64,000 bases of DNA, from the NCBI GenBank assembly GCA_903813345.2, contig CAIIXF020000001.1, positions 20,088,001 to 20,152,000 on the forward strand. The letters run 5' to 3'. Shown one piece after another: positions 63,349 to 64,000 of this stretch. Each line of letters begins with the position of its first letter. Position 1 is the first letter of the stretch. The DNA is from Owenia fusiformis. Taxonomy: Eukaryota. The notes under the pieces are model-generated. The model ran no database searches and had not been told where the DNA came from. It saw only the letters and a list, made by a program, of their open reading frames with translations. The position numbers and the translations under genes were made by a program.

Positions 63349-64000
63349 GTCAACACATAGTTGGTCATGATAATATATGTCATCATATAGTTAACCATGA
63401 TAATATATGTCAACAAAACTAGCAAAGATGATATAGATCAACTTATAATAAGCTATGATAACACATCAGGATCTCAACATAAAATTAGCCATAACATATC
63501 AATGTAAAGCTGACCATGCCAACATATTTAGAGGTTATTTGACCATGATGTAAAATATGACAAAATTCTATCGATATAGGCAGACCTTGGAAGGCCTATG
63601 TCTTAACAAGATTAAGGGCATATTTCACATCATAGTGACATAACTGATGCATTACATCTCTAATATTACTATAGTTTTATCAAACTGTCAAATATGAGCA
63701 TCTAAAATGTCAAAAGGATACTCAAAATTCAAACGAATTCAAAATGTATTTACCTAATCACATACATCTGTACGGATAAATGCACATATAAGGAATCCAC
63801 CATGCCCTGTTCAGGACACGTAATTTTCAACACTGAACGCTCAATATCTTCGTTATATCAGTAATTTATATGATGTGGAACAGCTTCATCATTGTAATGG
63901 TTTTAAATCACATTGAAATGAATTCGTAAAACTTTAGGTCTAACGGGGATCCCAGTTGGGAATCCCAAAATTCAAAATGAGGTAAGAGAGCTTATCAATA

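Overview
AT-rich, intron-rich animal genomic DNA; the repeat landscape suggests a marine invertebrate, possibly a mollusc (inference only). It holds two convergent multi-exon genes. On + is YME1L1, the mitochondrial i-AAA protease, with 18 exons traced at 6325-14743; its start exon is unresolved near a promoter at about 4050-4400. On - is a type I diacylglycerol kinase (DGKB-like: EF-hands, two C1 domains, catalytic and accessory domains), traced from 48922 down to the stop at 19609. Main discovery: three pairs of tandemly duplicated, apparently mutually exclusive exons (MXEs), each on a functional hotspot. (1) YME1L1 9801-9893 / 10121-10213 encode two versions of substrate-gripping pore loop 1 (YVG vs FVG). 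(2) DGK 35466-35515 / 33955-34004 encode a canonical vs a degenerate EF-hand Ca2+ loop. (3) DGK 26558-26622 / 25448-25512 encode two versions of a catalytic accessory segment. Complementary intronic blocks flank two of the pairs and suggest control by competing RNA pairing. The window also has a TGCATG (RBFOX-type) cluster next to a symmetric DGK exon, candidate microexons and alternative first exons, CR1/L2-type LINE fragments, several MITEs and hairpin elements, and minisatellites. All gene models were read by hand from GT-AG sites and reading frame; there is no expression evidence.
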